64,000 nucleotides of DNA from Eledone cirrhosa (taxonomy: Eukaryota), in the NCBI GenBank assembly GCA_964016885.1, contig OZ024754.1, positions 17,794,001-17,858,000 of the forward strand, read 5' to 3'. Positions 36,265 to 49,600 of this stretch are shown piece after piece. The position numbers and the translations under genes were made by a program. Every line of letters starts with the position of its first letter. The first letter of the stretch is position 1. The notes under the pieces are model-generated. The model saw only the letters and a list, made by a program, of their open reading frames with translations, was not told where the DNA came from and made no database searches.

Positions 36265-39200
36265 ATAATAATAATAATGAAATTATTGTGTACAGTGCTC
36301 AGGTGCACTACAACTCATCAAAGGTGCATGTATAGTACATAGAATAATGTACAAATGTCAGGAAAGTGAACAGTGTATGCATCATGATATACATGTGTGC
36401 ATGTGTGTGGAGTATCAGATGTAGTGTTGGCGAATTTTAGGAACCATGGAGGTTTTAAGGATGCAGTGCCTCGACAGCTAACAACTGATGCAGGTAGTTT
36501 GTTCCATGCTTCAGCAACTCTGAGCATGAAAAAATGTTTCCGAAAGTCATGGGAACTGTGCTGTTTACTGACTTTAAAAGCATGTATAGGGATGTGAGAC
36601 ATATGGAATTCAAAGAGGTACTCAGGGTTGTTGTTGACAAGATGGTTAATAACTTTGTGGGTGTTTACCAAATCAGTTGCCAGACGTTGGAGCTTCAATG
36701 TATCCATGCCCAGGGAAGCAAGGCGTTCAGAGTATGGTAGATGCCTGATGGAGGGTATTTGCTTGGTTGCACAACCCTGAACAGTTTCCAGGAGGTCAAT
36801 GTTCTGAGCAAGATAGGGGTTCTAGACTGGTAATGTAAATTCTAAGTGTGGCCACACCATACAGCTTTAAATAGATAGCTGGAGAGCGGCTGACAAAGGT
36901 CTTGCTGAGTGATGCCAAGACACCCTTGGCCTTCTTGACAATTTCAGAGATGTGCTTTGTCCAATGCAAACTGCTGCTGACAGTATTACCCAGGTCACGT
37001 TCACAAGAAGACTTCTGGTGTTATGGAGGGAGCATGTAGACACTGGGTTTTCCCTCCTATGCCTGGTAGTACACTTGTCCACAGCCAGCTTCAGTTTCCA
37101 ATCTGTGATCCATTGCTGCATTGTGTCAAGGTCTGATTGCAGGAAAGATCTATAGTGTTCACGATCTGTCCTTTTTATCTCAAGGTACAGCTTGATATCA
37201 TCTGTATATTTCAGTACTGTAGCATTCTTTAAGTTGGCATCTATGTCATTAATATATGCAACAAACAAAAGGGGACCAAGAACAGATCCCTGCGGTACTC
37301 CAGATGACATGTCATATGGTGAAGAATGCTGTCCTAGAACCGTGACTACCTCTCTTCGACTGAGAATGAAGGACTTCCACCAGTTAAAAAGATTATCCTT
37401 CACACCCATTGCAGAGAGTTTTGCCATAAGTCTTTTATGTGGCACAGAATTAAAAGCTTTAGCAAAGTCAAGGTAAACAACATCCACCGATGAGCTGCCA
37501 TCAGTGATCCAGGTGATGTCTTCAAGAAACTCGATAAGTTGATCACAGCAGCTGGAGTAAGAGTCGGATAAGACTGTGAGGGTCAGATAAGACTGTGAGA
37601 ATTCCAGAAGTTCCAGAGTGTTTCTCTGACACAGGATTCCATCAGTTTGGCAATGCAGCTAGTAAGTCTGACTGGATGATAGTTGACAGGTGATGTGCGA
37701 TAACCCTTTTTGAACAGAGGAATGACACTGGCAGTTTTCCACTGCTCTGGAGTACCACTGTTGGTAAGTCAGAATTGAAAGAAGAGTGAAAGCTGGTGCA
37801 GAAGAAAGTACCCCCCTCCCCAAGTTTGAGAAGCAGGACGTAACACCATCAAGACCAGGAGAGGCATAGTTTCACTCTTATTCTTAAGGTGATGTCACAG
37901 CATGGCAGGTGTAAATTCCATAGTTGTTATAGAATTTGATGTCAGAGGTGGTGGGGATGGTACGTTTTGGTTTTCAACAGTAAAAATGCCTGCAAAGCAT
38001 TCAGCAATGAGTTCTGCGCATTCTTTGGGGTTGTCAGTAATCTGGCTTGTGTGGGACCAACTGGAGAGTGAGATCTCTGCTTTGAATGTACATATTTCCA
38101 GAACACCTTACTGTCAGGGTTGGTTGCTATGCACTGTTCAATTTCAAGCACTGCCCTTTTTGTCACCTGCTTGAGATGGTTGGATGATTTATTTCACTTT
38201 TTTCTATTGATATCTGATTCGTGCAGTTTTTATTCATGTTCAGCATTACGACATTCTTTCCTGGCAAGTCTCTCAAATTGCACTTTGGGGATGTTTTTTC
38301 TGCTTATGTTGCACTGATGCTGCACATGCTGTCCATATTGAGTTCAGGGTGTTCTGAAGTATAGTGTTCACATCTCCAGAGTTGTAAAATTCAAGCCAGT
38401 TTGGGCATTGTAGCTCAGTGCAGTAAGAGTTCCAGTCTGCTTTATTCCAGTCAAAGCGAGCAGTTTGGAGATGATTTTGGTTTTTGTTACTACCCATAAG
38501 AGACAGATTGGCAATGATGATAGCAGGATCAGTGTCACCTAAAGGTTTCTCTGTAGTAACACTAATAACTGTTTCAGGAGTAGTGGTAAAGAGTAGATCC
38601 AAAGTGTTGTCACCTCTTGTTGAGGAAGTGACTACTTGGGACCAGCTCAAGGAAATCATTTGCACTTTGCAGCCAACAAAAAGTTTCCCAATCAATCTCA
38701 GGGTGATTGAAGTCACCTGCAATAAAAACATAAGTGGTCGTTTCCCTGGCAGCAGCTCTGAGGAAATCACAAAGCTGTGTGTATTGATGGTAATTTTAGG
38801 GGAGGAGGGTAAACAACTCCAAATAGAAGTGTTGACATAGTCATATGTATATTGCAAAAGAATACTTCTTGTTGTGATTGGTTCAAATCAACGCAAGGAA
38901 TTGCTGAAAAGTTTGAACGAGTGTAGACCATCACACCACCACCACGACTATTAATGCGGTCTTTGCGAAACAAGTTGTAGCCAGCTATGCTAAAAACCCC
39001 ATCACAGAGTAAGGAATGTGCCCATGTTTCCATGACTAAAGAAATCAGGGTCGATACTTTTGACTTAAGAATCAAAAAGATGTATCTTGTTGCATAAACT
39101 ACGAGCATTTAAGGACAACAATTTATACCTTGATTTCAGTTTATGATGATGTGTAGGGGATGGCAGGTTGTTCTGATTTAGTTTCCCACAGTTTTTCCAT

Positions 39201-39298
39201 TGCCACCTATTGTGGGTACAGTGTGTTCAGACCAGCTGGTATCTCTTTTCCATGTTTCACCAGCCTTAATAAACTTCCATATCTGCCCATCGTCACAT
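36265..39298 (-). mobile_element. Degenerate CR1-clade LINE (end of ORF1, APE and RT) with an (ATT)n tail
   Basis: ETW, RGGGV, TRGDNTLDL, YLDFAKAF.SVPH, GVPQGSVLGP, KY.DD and AWNKLP motifs; same family as 46243-49938. Confidence 0.92.
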
Positions 39299-39339
39299 AC
39301 AAATCCATAGGTATACACACAGCATCAAATACAACTTAC

Positions 39340-39407
39340 CTTGGCGAGATCAAGTTCATTGTCTTTGTCAAAGTGTATTTGTTCAACAAGATTAGGGTGA
39401 TGTTTAT
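39340..39407 (-). CDS. NUMA1: NuMA-like host gene, coding exon 4 (DKHHPNLVEQIHFDKDNELDLAK)
   Basis: tttctag acceptor, gtaagt donor; 68 nt, phase 1 to 0. ELDLAK resembles NuMA ELELAK. Confidence 0.82.
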
Positions 39408-39787
39408 CTAGAAATAAAGATATGATGTCTTAGTCAAGCTAGGAAAGAGTTAAAGAGAAGATTATTATTCAACATTGATATTAACTAAACAATGTTTTTA
39501 TCTCATTACAGTTAGTTTTTTTCCCATGGCGATATAATGTTAGACATTTCTACAAAATTTGACAGAGTCCACACATCTGAGGAGCAGATCAATGCTGGTG
39601 TCAGATCTATCACATCAATATAGATCTTGAGCCAATCATCAGTGAAACATATGTAACGGTTGATATTCGTTAAAGGTATTTTAAGATGAAACTTTGTCAT
39701 ATCAAACTTAATATATACTCTACTGTAGCATTGAGTGCACCCATTGGTGACAGTTCCAGTAATCAACAATTTACTGAATATCCTAAA

Positions 39788-40001
39788 TCATCATCATCAT
39801 CATCATTTTACGTCCGCTTTCCCTGCTTGCAAGGGTGGGATGGGTCTTATTAAGCACAGCATTTCTCTATTCGTCACGGTCCTTTGTCATCTCCTCCGTG
39901 AGCTTCAGTGATCTGAGGTCTGCTCTCACCACCTCCACCCATGTTTTTTGTGGTCTTCCTCGACTGCGTCTTCCTTCTACTGGGATTTCTTGGCACTTCT
40001 T
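39788..40001 (-). mobile_element. Short 3' fragment of the same RTE LINE family
   Basis: Closely matches 10497-10714, including the (CAT)n tail. Confidence 0.88.
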
Positions 40002-40006
40002 TAGCC

Positions 40007-40510
40007 AGTGTTTAATCATAGGGGATCAAAAACCACCAGAGTGACAAACATATTACCTACAGAAGGCATATAGCTTATTGGCGGGTGCTGAGCAATACAA
40101 TCAACACTTCTAAATAAGTATATCAGATAACTAAGAAAACACGCATGGTGTAGAGGAAAGACGTGTGTGTTTTCTTAGTTATCTGATATACATCTACAAT
40201 ATGTATTCTTCACATTTTATAGCAAAACATACTCTTATTTGAGCATGTCCAGGTGTATTGTTATAATCGAATAGTTAGTACACTTTAATATATCCTTTTT
40301 ATTGATTTGCCTTCACCATTCTTTCCGTAGGTAATGTTTGTCACTCTGGTGGTTTTTGATCCCCTATGATTAAACACTTATCTACATGTGTAATTCTCTC
40401 TATATGTTGATTTATAAAGAGCCCAGAATCTATTCCTTGAGCTCATTAAATTATAGGGGATCAATGAGTTTTTAACTCCGTTTTTTTTTATTTGATATAT
40501 ATATATATAG
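40007..40510. repeat. Nested inverted-repeat element ending in (TA)n
   Basis: IR at ~40007-40070 / 40309-40378 plus an inner hairpin at ~40120-40190. Confidence 0.7.
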
Positions 40511-40925
40511 TTTGTTTTTAAATCATAACTAATTGATGTGGGTATGGTGTGGCGTGCGGTGGCCGGAAACGGGGGAGTGCTCGACCGGAAGGGTGCTTGG
40601 CCAGAAGGATGCTCGACCGGAATGGCCAGCAGATGGCCCTCTCTCTAGTGGTGACCAGCAACGGTGTGGACGCGAGTTTTGGCAGCTCCCGGTGTTAAGG
40701 AGTTGGACGCACGTGGAAGAGGAGAGACCAGCAGTGGAATTTAGCGGCGTCTATGAAAAGCGGTAAGTGAGATAGCTTTTTCTAACCACAAGCTATTTCG
40801 GCACTGGAAACTGAGATCTGATTAAAAAAAAAAGATTAAAAAAAAGAAGAAAAAAAAAAGCTACTGGAAAAACAGAGAAGAGTCTGTTGTTTTTTTTTAT
40901 CACATACCGCAAGACAAATTAGAAG

Positions 40926-41687
40926 ATGGCGACAAGACTACGAACAAGCGAAGCTATCAGGGCATTTACCGGAGAAGGTGATGTTGTCGCTTGGCTGCGA
41001 AAAGTCCAGCTGGTCGCAAGCTTGCAGAAGATAGAAGATATGGCTGGCCTCATGGCACTGTACCTCGAGGGGGACGCATTGGTACTCTTCCTTGAGTTGG
41101 ACGAACACAGCCAAAGAGATGCGCAAAAGATTGAGAGGCACATGATGGAAGCGTTCGCAGAGGGACCGTTAGCCGCTTTCGCTAAGCTGGCAAGAATTAG
41201 ATGGAACGGTGAACGCGTTGACAATTTCGCAGCGGAAATACGGCGACTGGCCATGTTGGCTGGATATCAGGTGGAATGCGAGCGCACAGTGCGGTTGGCG
41301 TTCATAAATGGATTTCCAGACAACATAGCGGTGAAACTGCAGCAAGTCCCGGGTTACAAAGAAATGGAAATGCGTTCACTGGTGGAACAAGCCCGGATCA
41401 TAGCAGAAGATGCCAAGAAGAGTGTTGCAGCGATAGCAACTACAGAGGCTCAAGACAGCTGGCATCGAAATGGTGAAAGGGAGGCAACCACGGCACGCGG
41501 TCGCCCGCGAACGTTTAGAGGTCGCTGCTTTCGGTGCCAGGGCCCGCACATGGCTAGAGACTGCAGAGAGTCAAGGCCGGAAATAATATGCTACCGGTGT
41601 AAGCGACCAGGCCACATCGCTATTAACTGCGACCAGGGAAACGATCCAAGGGGAACTACTGCGCCGGTAGTTGCCCCTTACGAGTAG
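40926..41687 (+). CDS. gag of copy A, with two CX2CX4HX4C-type zinc knuckles
   Basis: CFRCQGPHMARDC and CYRCKRPGHIAINC. Confidence 0.9.
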   Translation: MATRLRTSEAIRAFTGEGDVVAWLRKVQLVASLQKIEDMAGLMALYLEGDALVLFLELDEHSQRDAQKIERHMMEAFAEGPLAAFAKLARIRWNGERVDNFAAEIRRLAMLAGYQVECERTVRLAFINGFPDNIAVKLQQVPGYKEMEMRSLVEQARIIAEDAKKSVAAIATTEAQDSWHRNGEREATTARGRPRTFRGRCFRCQGPHMARDCRESRPEIICYRCKRPGHIAINCDQGNDPRGTTAPVVAPYE

Positions 41688-44457
41688 AGGCGCTGCCCGT
41701 GGTGGAAGTCTTCGTGAGGGGAAAGCCACAGCGAGCTCTTGTGGATATGGGCTGTACGACGACACTGGTGACCGCGGGGGTGGCGCAGAGGTGGAGAGGG
41801 AAGAGCAGCGTAAGGGCAGTCGACGGCAGGAAAATTGAATGCCGAGGTCGCAGCGAGATGGAAATAGCAGTACGGGGAAGGAAAATAAGGCTTTCTGCCA
41901 TCGTAGTAGACAGCGTGGTGGATGGGATCGGCGTGGTTATGGGCATGGACGCAATTGGCTGTCTAGGAGGCGTCACAGTGAACAACGTCGGTGTGTCGTT
42001 TGGGGCCGCTGCATCGGTATGCGCTGTGAGTGCGCGACAGGAGAACCAGAAGGCCCACGAGGAGAAATACCCTGCTTACACTGTGCAGGACAAAGACTTC
42101 AAGGCCGTGTTCAATGGGCAGCGATGGGTTGTTGAGTGGTAGTGGAAGGGAGAACCACCAACACTGAAGACCAAAGTGGGCTGCTATCAACACACATTGA
42201 AGGGAAACATTAGGAGCGAGTTCGAGCGAGAGGTAGAAAGATGGATTGAGGAGGGCATACTGCTTCCCTGGAAAGAGGAGGTGAAGTGCGGAGTATTGCC
42301 GTTAATGGCGGTGGCACAACCCACGAAGAACAAGGTGAGGCCGGTGCTGGACTTTCAGGAGCTGAACGAGCACGTGTCATGCCACACGGGTGGCGAGGTC
42401 ACGGATGTCTGCGGGGAAACCCTGTATGAGTGGAGACACATGACGGGGGTTCAGCAATCGTAGATCTAAAGTCGGCATACTTGCAATTGCATATAGATGA
42501 GAAGCTCTGGCAGTATCAGCTGGTCAGGTATAAGGGCCGGACATATTGCCTGACCAGGCTCGGTTTCGGGCTGAGCTCCGCACCGAAGATCATGGCGGCG
42601 GTCCTCAAGACCATTCTGGGAAAGGCCGACAAGATGAAGAGGGCCACTAACTCCTATATTGACGACATCCTAGTGGATAAGTCTGCGGTGTCGGCGGCAG
42701 AGGTCACAAGCCATTTACAGGGGTATGGACTGGCTGCGAAGCCATCAGAAGCATTGGAGGGAGGAGCCGCGCTGGGACTTAGGCTATGGCGAGACAGGAT
42801 GGGCGTCTTGGTATTCCAGAGGGGAAATGAAGTATGAGTAGGCGGGAGCTTTTCTCGGTGTGTGGAAAGTTGGTGGGTCACTACCCGATTGCTGGGTGGC
42901 TCCAGACGGCATGCAGCTATGTCAAGAGACGAGCGGGAGGAGTGACTTGGAGTGACAGAGTGGGAGAGAGAACGGTGGCCATGATGCAGGAGATCGTGGG
43001 GAGGGTGAAGGCCGACGACCCTGTGCGGAGACGCTGGTATGTTCCCAAATCACAGAGCGGGACCGTATGGTGCGATGCCAGCAGCATAGCGCTGGGTGTC
43101 ACGTTGGAGATAGGAGGTGTTGAGGTCGAGGATACAGCCTGGCTTAGGAAGAAGGACGACTGCAACCACATCAATGTGGCCGAACTGGACGCAGTGTTGA
43201 GAGGGGTGAACCTCGCCCTGAGGTGGGGACTGCGCACCATCGAGATACGCACCGACTCGGCTACTGTACTCGGATGGGTGAGATCAGTGCTCACCAGTGA
43301 GAAGAGAGTGCAAACGAGAGGGGCGGCGGAGATGCTGATAAAGCGGCGCCTGGGAACTTTAGGAGAGCTGGCCACCGAGTTCGACCTGAGGCTGAGCGTA
43401 GTTTTCGTGCCCTCAGAGAAAAATAGGGCGGACATCTTAACTAGGGTGAAGAAAGCCTGGATGGAAGCGCCAGAGGTGGTAGAAGATGAGATAGCTGCCG
43501 TGTGTCGGCTGACCGAGTCGGATCTGAAAGGGTTGCATGACATGCACCACATGGGAATGGATAGGACCCTGTTCCTAGCCAAGAGAATCGACTCGGACGT
43601 TAACAGACACAGTGTTCAAAGGGTGGTTAGAGGCTGCGTCCGATGTCAGTCCATTGATCCCGCCCCGGGTGTACACGAAACAGGAAGCCTCCCTGTGGAT
43701 CGTGACTGGAAGCGATTGGCGGTGGATGTAACACACTACCGACAGGGAACGTACCTCTCGATGGTCGACTGTGGACCAGGACGGATGGTGATATGGAGGG
43801 AGATGAAGACTGGAACGGCCGAGGAAATCATGCGGACGTTGAGAGAGGTGTTCTTGGAGCAGGGGCCTGTGGACGAACTGTTGATGGACAACAGCGCAGC
43901 GTTCCGCTTGGAGGCACTGAGGGAGATGCTCGATGGATGGAAGGTGGACCGTTTCTTCAGAGCAGCGCACAGGCCGAGCGGGAATGAATTGTGGAGCGAC
44001 ACCACCGGACGATCAAGTCAATGGCGGAGCGGGGGCCATATCTCACCAATGGAGGCAGTGTTCTGGTACAATATGTCCCCTCGGGTGGGAGAGGTCGAGG
44101 AATCGGAGCCACACGGAGCAGTATTCAGATACGAGTGGCGGCACCCGTGCACGCCACCACAACGGCCAGTGGGGAGAGAGATTGCATTCGTGTAGGTGGG
44201 CGAAGAAGTCTGCACGTTGCACATCTCAATGGGGAAGCGGAACGATGACGGCCGTAAATTCCCAGAACAATGTGTCCGTGGACGGAGTACCACGTCATGT
44301 CCTGAATGTCCGTAGAATCACTGTGTCAACGGACTCCGAGGAAGAGGAAACCCAAAGTGCCGCCCCAACACTGCGGAGATCGCAAAGAAGTCGTAAACCA
44401 CCAACCTGGACAGCAGACTTTCATATGCAGAAGGACGAGGGGGAAATTGATCCTTGA
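41640..44457 (+). pseudogene. pol of copy A, with stop and frameshifts
   Basis: Fragments 41699-42142, 42176-42463, 42430-42837 and 42834-44195 are collinear with the 927-aa pol of copy B. Confidence 0.9.
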
Positions 44458-44761
44458 GATCGGGGGGGGGGGTATGGTGTGGCGTGCGGTGGCCGGAAGC
44501 GGGGGAGTACTCGACCGGAAGGGTGTTGGCCGGAAGGATGCTTGACCGGAAGGGCCAGCAGATGGCCCTCTCTCTAGTGGTGACCAGCAACGGTGTGGAC
44601 GCGAGTTTTGGCAGCTCCCGGTGTTAAGGAGTTGGACGCACGTGGAAGAGGAGAGACCAGCAGTGGAATTTAGCGGCGCCTATGAAAAGTGGTAAGTGAG
44701 ATAGCTTTTTCTAACCACAATTGAAACAATGAGAAAATAAGAGATTAGTAAACAAACATAC

Positions 44762-44829
44762 CTTTTATAAACTTTTCTATAATTGCAAACCGTTCTGACA
44801 ATGTATTTTCATGTAAAGAAGTACCATCT
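44762..44829 (-). CDS. NUMA1: NuMA-like host gene, coding exon 3 (DGTSLHENTLSERFAIIEKFIK)
   Basis: ttctatag acceptor, gtatgt donor; 68 nt, phase 2 to 1. SERF..I..FI resembles NuMA SERLDFVCSFL. Confidence 0.82.
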
Positions 44830-44886
44830 CTATAGAAATAGATAAATAAAATAAATAAATAAAATTGAGATTATATAGGGAGGGCC

Positions 44887-45112
44887 TTAACCCTTTAGCA
44901 TTTACATTACGCTATATATACTATTATAATTTTGTGGTAAAGGCTTTACCTCACATAATTATCTCACATAATATTAAATCTATGAGATTTTGATATTTAT
45001 TTTGACGACAATACCTAAACATCAATATGAGTAGCCAGTTACGACCAGTTTGAACAGAAAGATGTGAGAGGATTCTGGCCAGGTACGGCCAGTTTAAATT
45101 CTAAAGGGTTAA
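44887..45112. mobile_element. piggyBac-type MITE
   Basis: TTAA-CCCTTTAGCATTT...AAATTCTAAAGGG-TTAA. Confidence 0.85.
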
Positions 45113-45535
45113 GTCGCACATGATTAAGCATGAACTGTCATGCAAAATGTCAATCATTGGTCTCAATCAGTACCTTAAAATCTCAGATGATAGGATGATG
45201 AAAATGATACCTTTGTTATTTCAATATAATTTTTATTAATACAATACAATGCACATGTATACTAAATTATTTTTAATGCTTCGGTGCACAATTTACAGCC
45301 CTCCCTGTATTTTGATAAAAGAACTGGTAGCTAAACTATGTTTTCATCAATATTGACATTTTCTGAAAATTCTAATTTATATCCTGAAACTAGTTTTGGA
45401 AAGGTTGTGCCTAATCAATTAGAAAGAATCTCTGGACAAATCTTACGGACAAAACCAACTGGCAGGTGACCCAGGGTAGACGCCAAACAAGATGGTTGGA
45501 CAAGGGATTTACTAAAATGATTAATTATTTCATTA

Positions 45536-45762
45536 TTAACCCTTTAGCATTTACATGACTCTATATATACTATTATATTTTCACAGTAAAGGCTTTACCT
45601 CATAATTATCTCACATAATATCGAATCTATGAGATTTTGATATTATTTATTTTGAGAACAATACCTTCACATCAGTATGAGTGGCCAGTTACAGCTGGTT
45701 TAAACAGAAAGTGGTGGGGGAATTCTGGCCGGATATGGCCAGTTTAAATGCTAAAGGGTTAA
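45536..45762. mobile_element. piggyBac-type MITE
   Basis: TTAA-CCCTTTTAGCATTT...AAATGCTAAAGGG-TTAA. Confidence 0.85.
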
Positions 45763-45913
45763 GATAGTAACTTAAACTATCGTTCATATATATATGGTTC
45801 ATATGTATGGTTCATATATAATAAAAAACTCTTTAAAATGGTTGGTTTTGTTTCACAGAACCAGATCCAGTTTTTGTAGGGTTGGTACTGAAAAGGTTAC
45901 CAAAAAAACTTAC

Positions 45914-45999
45914 ATTTTATTTAATAAAGCAATAAACTGCACACCATCTTTCAAATCAAGGAGGGATTCTATGACAAAGTTTGAGTTTAGTTCGTTCAA
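45914..45999 (-). CDS. NUMA1: NuMA-like host gene, coding exon 2 (LNELNSNFVIESLLDLKDGVQFIALLNKI)
   Basis: ttccag acceptor, gtaagt donor; 86 nt, phase 0 to 2. CH-domain signature DLKDG..F..LL..I. Confidence 0.85.
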
Positions 46000-46127
46000 C
46001 TGGAATAGAAAGATTGAATATATATATATCATTCAAACGACTTAATTGATTACCATTTATAAAATATCTAATTAACTAATTACTAATAAACAAAACAATG
46101 CTAATGTCTGCCACTAACAAAATGACC

Positions 46128-46222
46128 TACCGATATACTCAAATATAAGCCGAGGAGTATATGACCTCAAATCAGTGGTAAAATGTGGGGGTGTGTATGC
46201 TTATATTCGAGTTTATCTGGTA
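46128..46222. mobile_element. Small Tc1/mariner-pogo-type MITE relic
   Basis: TA-flanked imperfect TIR TACCGATATACTCAAATATAAG / CTTATATTCGAGTTTATCTGGTA. Confidence 0.55.
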
Positions 46223-46242
46223 CTTATGTATACTTTAGACAT

Positions 46243-46499
46243 TCAAGTGCCTGGCCTGTATGCCTGCCTCCACCAATGTTATTGAAAAACAACAACAACA
46301 ACAAAAACCGATGACTGTATCTTCCTCTACTGTTGTTACTGAACAACGGCAAAAACCTATGACACTGGCTTCTGCTGCTATTCCTGTGGAAGAACATCAG
46401 AAACAACAACAACCCATGTCTTCCGCTCCCAGTACATCTCAACACCAACAACCGACGACTGTGTCTTTCCCTACCATTCCCATGGAGGAACAACAACAA

Positions 46500-46531
<32 letters not shown>

Positions 46532-46618
46532 ACAGCAACAGCAACAACAGCAACAGCAAAAACAACAGCGGCAGCAGCAGCAACAACAACAACAACAGCA
46601 ACAGCAAAAACAACAGCG

Positions 46619-46650
<32 letters not shown>

Positions 46651-49600
46651 AGCAGCAACAACAACAACAGCAGCAACAGCAACAACAACAACAGCAGCAA
46701 CAGCAATAACAACAACAATCGACCAGTACAGATTTTGCAGAATTGCAACAAATGATTTCTGCTTTAAGAAGGAAAGTAACAGGAATAAAAGCAAGCATTC
46801 GGGTAGGACCTCACAATGATGGGTCTTATCGGAATGCCTTGCTAAAGAATCTCCCTGTACCTCTTGCCGTATCTGGGCACACTGAGAAGACCGCGGAATC
46901 TGCTACCCATGAAGTAATTGCCATTGGGGTACCAGAAGACAAGGCTGATCTTCAGGCATTTGCTGCCAGCTCAGCCAAAGACCTAGGCTGTGTTCCCCCA
47001 AAGGGTGCTCTCCGCCTTAGTCGACCTGGTCTAACACCCAGACTCATCAGGCTGTCTTTTTCAGACCCCGCAGAGGCAATTTCATATCATCTGGCCTCTG
47101 TTAAAGCTGGGCATGAAAATTGGATTACCTTCCGAGCACGCCCAGGCCTACCACCTGATGTACATCCAATGCTACGTGCTGCAGCTTCCTTGAATCGGAA
47201 CTCAGCACAGTGTGAAAGTTTTAGTCTGCGTGATGATGGGCAGATCTGGAGGTTTGTTAAGGTTGGTGAAACGTGGAAGAGAGATACCAGCTGGTCTGAG
47301 TGCGCTCTACCCACAATAACTGGCAATGAAAAAAACTGCAACAACTCTGGGAAACTAAACCAGAACAACCTGCCATCCTCTACACACCATCATAAACTGC
47401 AAGCAAGGTACAAATTGTTGTCCTTAAATGCTCGCAATTTATGCAACAAGATACATCTGTTTAACTCCTACGTCAGAAGCATTGACCCTGACTTTATCAC
47501 AGTCACGGAAACATGGGCACATTCCTTACTCTGTGATGGGGTTTTCAACATTACTGGGTACAACCTGTTCTGCAAGGACCGCATTAATCGCTGTGGTGGT
47601 GGTGTGATGGTCTACGTTCTTTCAAATTTTTCGGAAATTCCTTGCGTTGATTTGAATGAATGACAAGAAGTTTTTTTTCTGTGACATATGTATGACCATG
47701 TCAACACTTCTGCTTGGTGTTGTTTATCGCCCCCCAAACTACCATCAGGACACACAGCTTTGCGATATCATCAGAGCTGCTGCCAGGAAAACAGCCGCTT
47801 ATGTGTTTATTGCAGGTGACTTCAATCATCCTGAGATCGATTGGAAAACCTTTCGTTGGCCACAAAGTGCAAACGATTTCCTTGAGCTAGTGCTGGACTC
47901 AAACTGGTCACAAGTAGTCACCTCTCCAACAAGAGGTGACAACACTTTGGACCTGCTCTTCACCACTACTCCTGAAGTGGTTATCAGTTGTACTACTGAG
48001 GAACCTCTAGGCGACTCGGATCATGCTATGATCATTGCCAATCTGGCTCTTGCGGACAGCAACAAAAACCAGAACCATCTGCAATCTGCTTGCTTTGATT
48101 GGAAGAAAGCAGATTGGAACTTGTACTGCATTGAGCTACAGCTCCTAAACTGGCATGAGTTCTATAACTCTGGAGATGTGAACACTATACTCCAGAGCAT
48201 CCTGGACTCAATATGGATAGTGTGTGCAGCATCAGTGCCACGTAAGCAGAAAAAAAACCACCCCAAAAGTGCAATTTGGGAAACTTCAGCGGTTCGACTT
48301 GCCAGGAAAGAACGTCGGAATACTGAACGGGAATATAAACTGCATAAATCAGATGCCAACAGAAAAAAGCGGAATAAATCTTCCAGCCATCTCAAGCAAG
48401 TGACAAAAAAGGCACTGCTTGAATTTGAACAGTGCATAGCAACCAATCCTGACAGTAAGGTGTTCTGGAAATATGTACATTCAAAGCAGAGACCTCACTC
48501 TCCAGTTGGTCCTCTTCGCAATCCCCACACAAGCCAGATCACTGACGATCCCAAAGAATGCGCAGAACTCATTGCTGAGTGCTATGCAAGCATTTTTACT
48601 GTTGAAAACCAGAATGTACCATCTCCACCATCTTTAACATCAAATTCCATAACAACTATGGAATTTACACCTGCAATGCTGTGACGTCACCTTAAGAATA
48701 AGCGCAACTATGCCTCCCTGGTCTTGATAGTGTTACATACCTGCTTCTCAAACGTGGCGGGTACTTCCTTTTGCACCAGCTTTCTTTCTTCTTTCAATAC
48801 TGTCTCAACAATGGTGCTACTTCAGAGCAGTGGAAAACTGCCAGTGTCATTCCCCTGTCCATTCTTCACCATATGAGATGTCATCTGGTGTACCACAGGG
48901 ATCTGTTCTTGGTCCCCTTTTGTTTGTTGCATACATTAATGACATAGATGCCAACTTAAAGAATGCCACAGTACTGAAATATGCAGATGACATCAAGCTG
49001 TACCTTGAAATCAAAAGGACAGATCCTGAAATCTATAACTCTTTCCTACAATCAGACCTGGACACAGTACAGCAATGGATCACAGACTGGCAACTGAAGC
49101 TGGCTGTGGACAAGTGTACTACCAGGCATTTTGGGAGGAAAAATCCAGCGTCCATATATTCCCTCCACAACACTAATATCAAGAAGTCCTCTTGTGAACG
49201 TGACCTGGGCATTACTGTCAGCAGCGATTTGCATTGGACAAAGCACATCTCTAAAATTGTCAAGAAGGCCGAGGGTGTCTTGGCATCACTCAGCAAGACC
49301 TTTGTTAGCCACTCTCCAGCCATATATTTAAAGCTGTATACAGCTATGGTACGACCACACTTGGAATTCACATCATCAGTCTGGAACCCCTATCTTGCTC
49401 AGAAAATTGACCTCCTGGAAACTGTTCAGAGACATGCAACCAAGCGCATACCCTCCATCAGACACCTACCATACTCTGAACACCTTGCTTCCCTGGGCAT
49501 GGATTCATTGACGTCTGGCAATGGACTTGGTAAACACCCACAAAGTTATTAACCTTCTCGCGAACAACAGCCCTGAGCACCTTTTTGATCTGCATGTGTC

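Larger units (their letters stand above)
40537..44719 (+). mobile_element. Ty3/Gypsy LTR retrotransposon, copy A (pol disrupted)
   Basis: LTRs 40537-40790 and ~44467-44719; 5-bp TSD ATTGA (40532-40536 / 44720-44724); G-rich PPT. gag with two CCHC knuckles; PR, RT (YIDD), RH and IN fragments. Confidence 0.95.

Noticed and set aside
39512-39769. 85-aa ORF with a CFTDD motif
   Set aside because: No clear splice sites or family; possibly an old LINE remnant or a chance ORF.
46224-46798. polyL, polyC and polyVA ORFs, or a host polyQ gene
   Set aside because: Alternative frames of the CAA/CAG tract, which is contiguous with CR1 ORF1.
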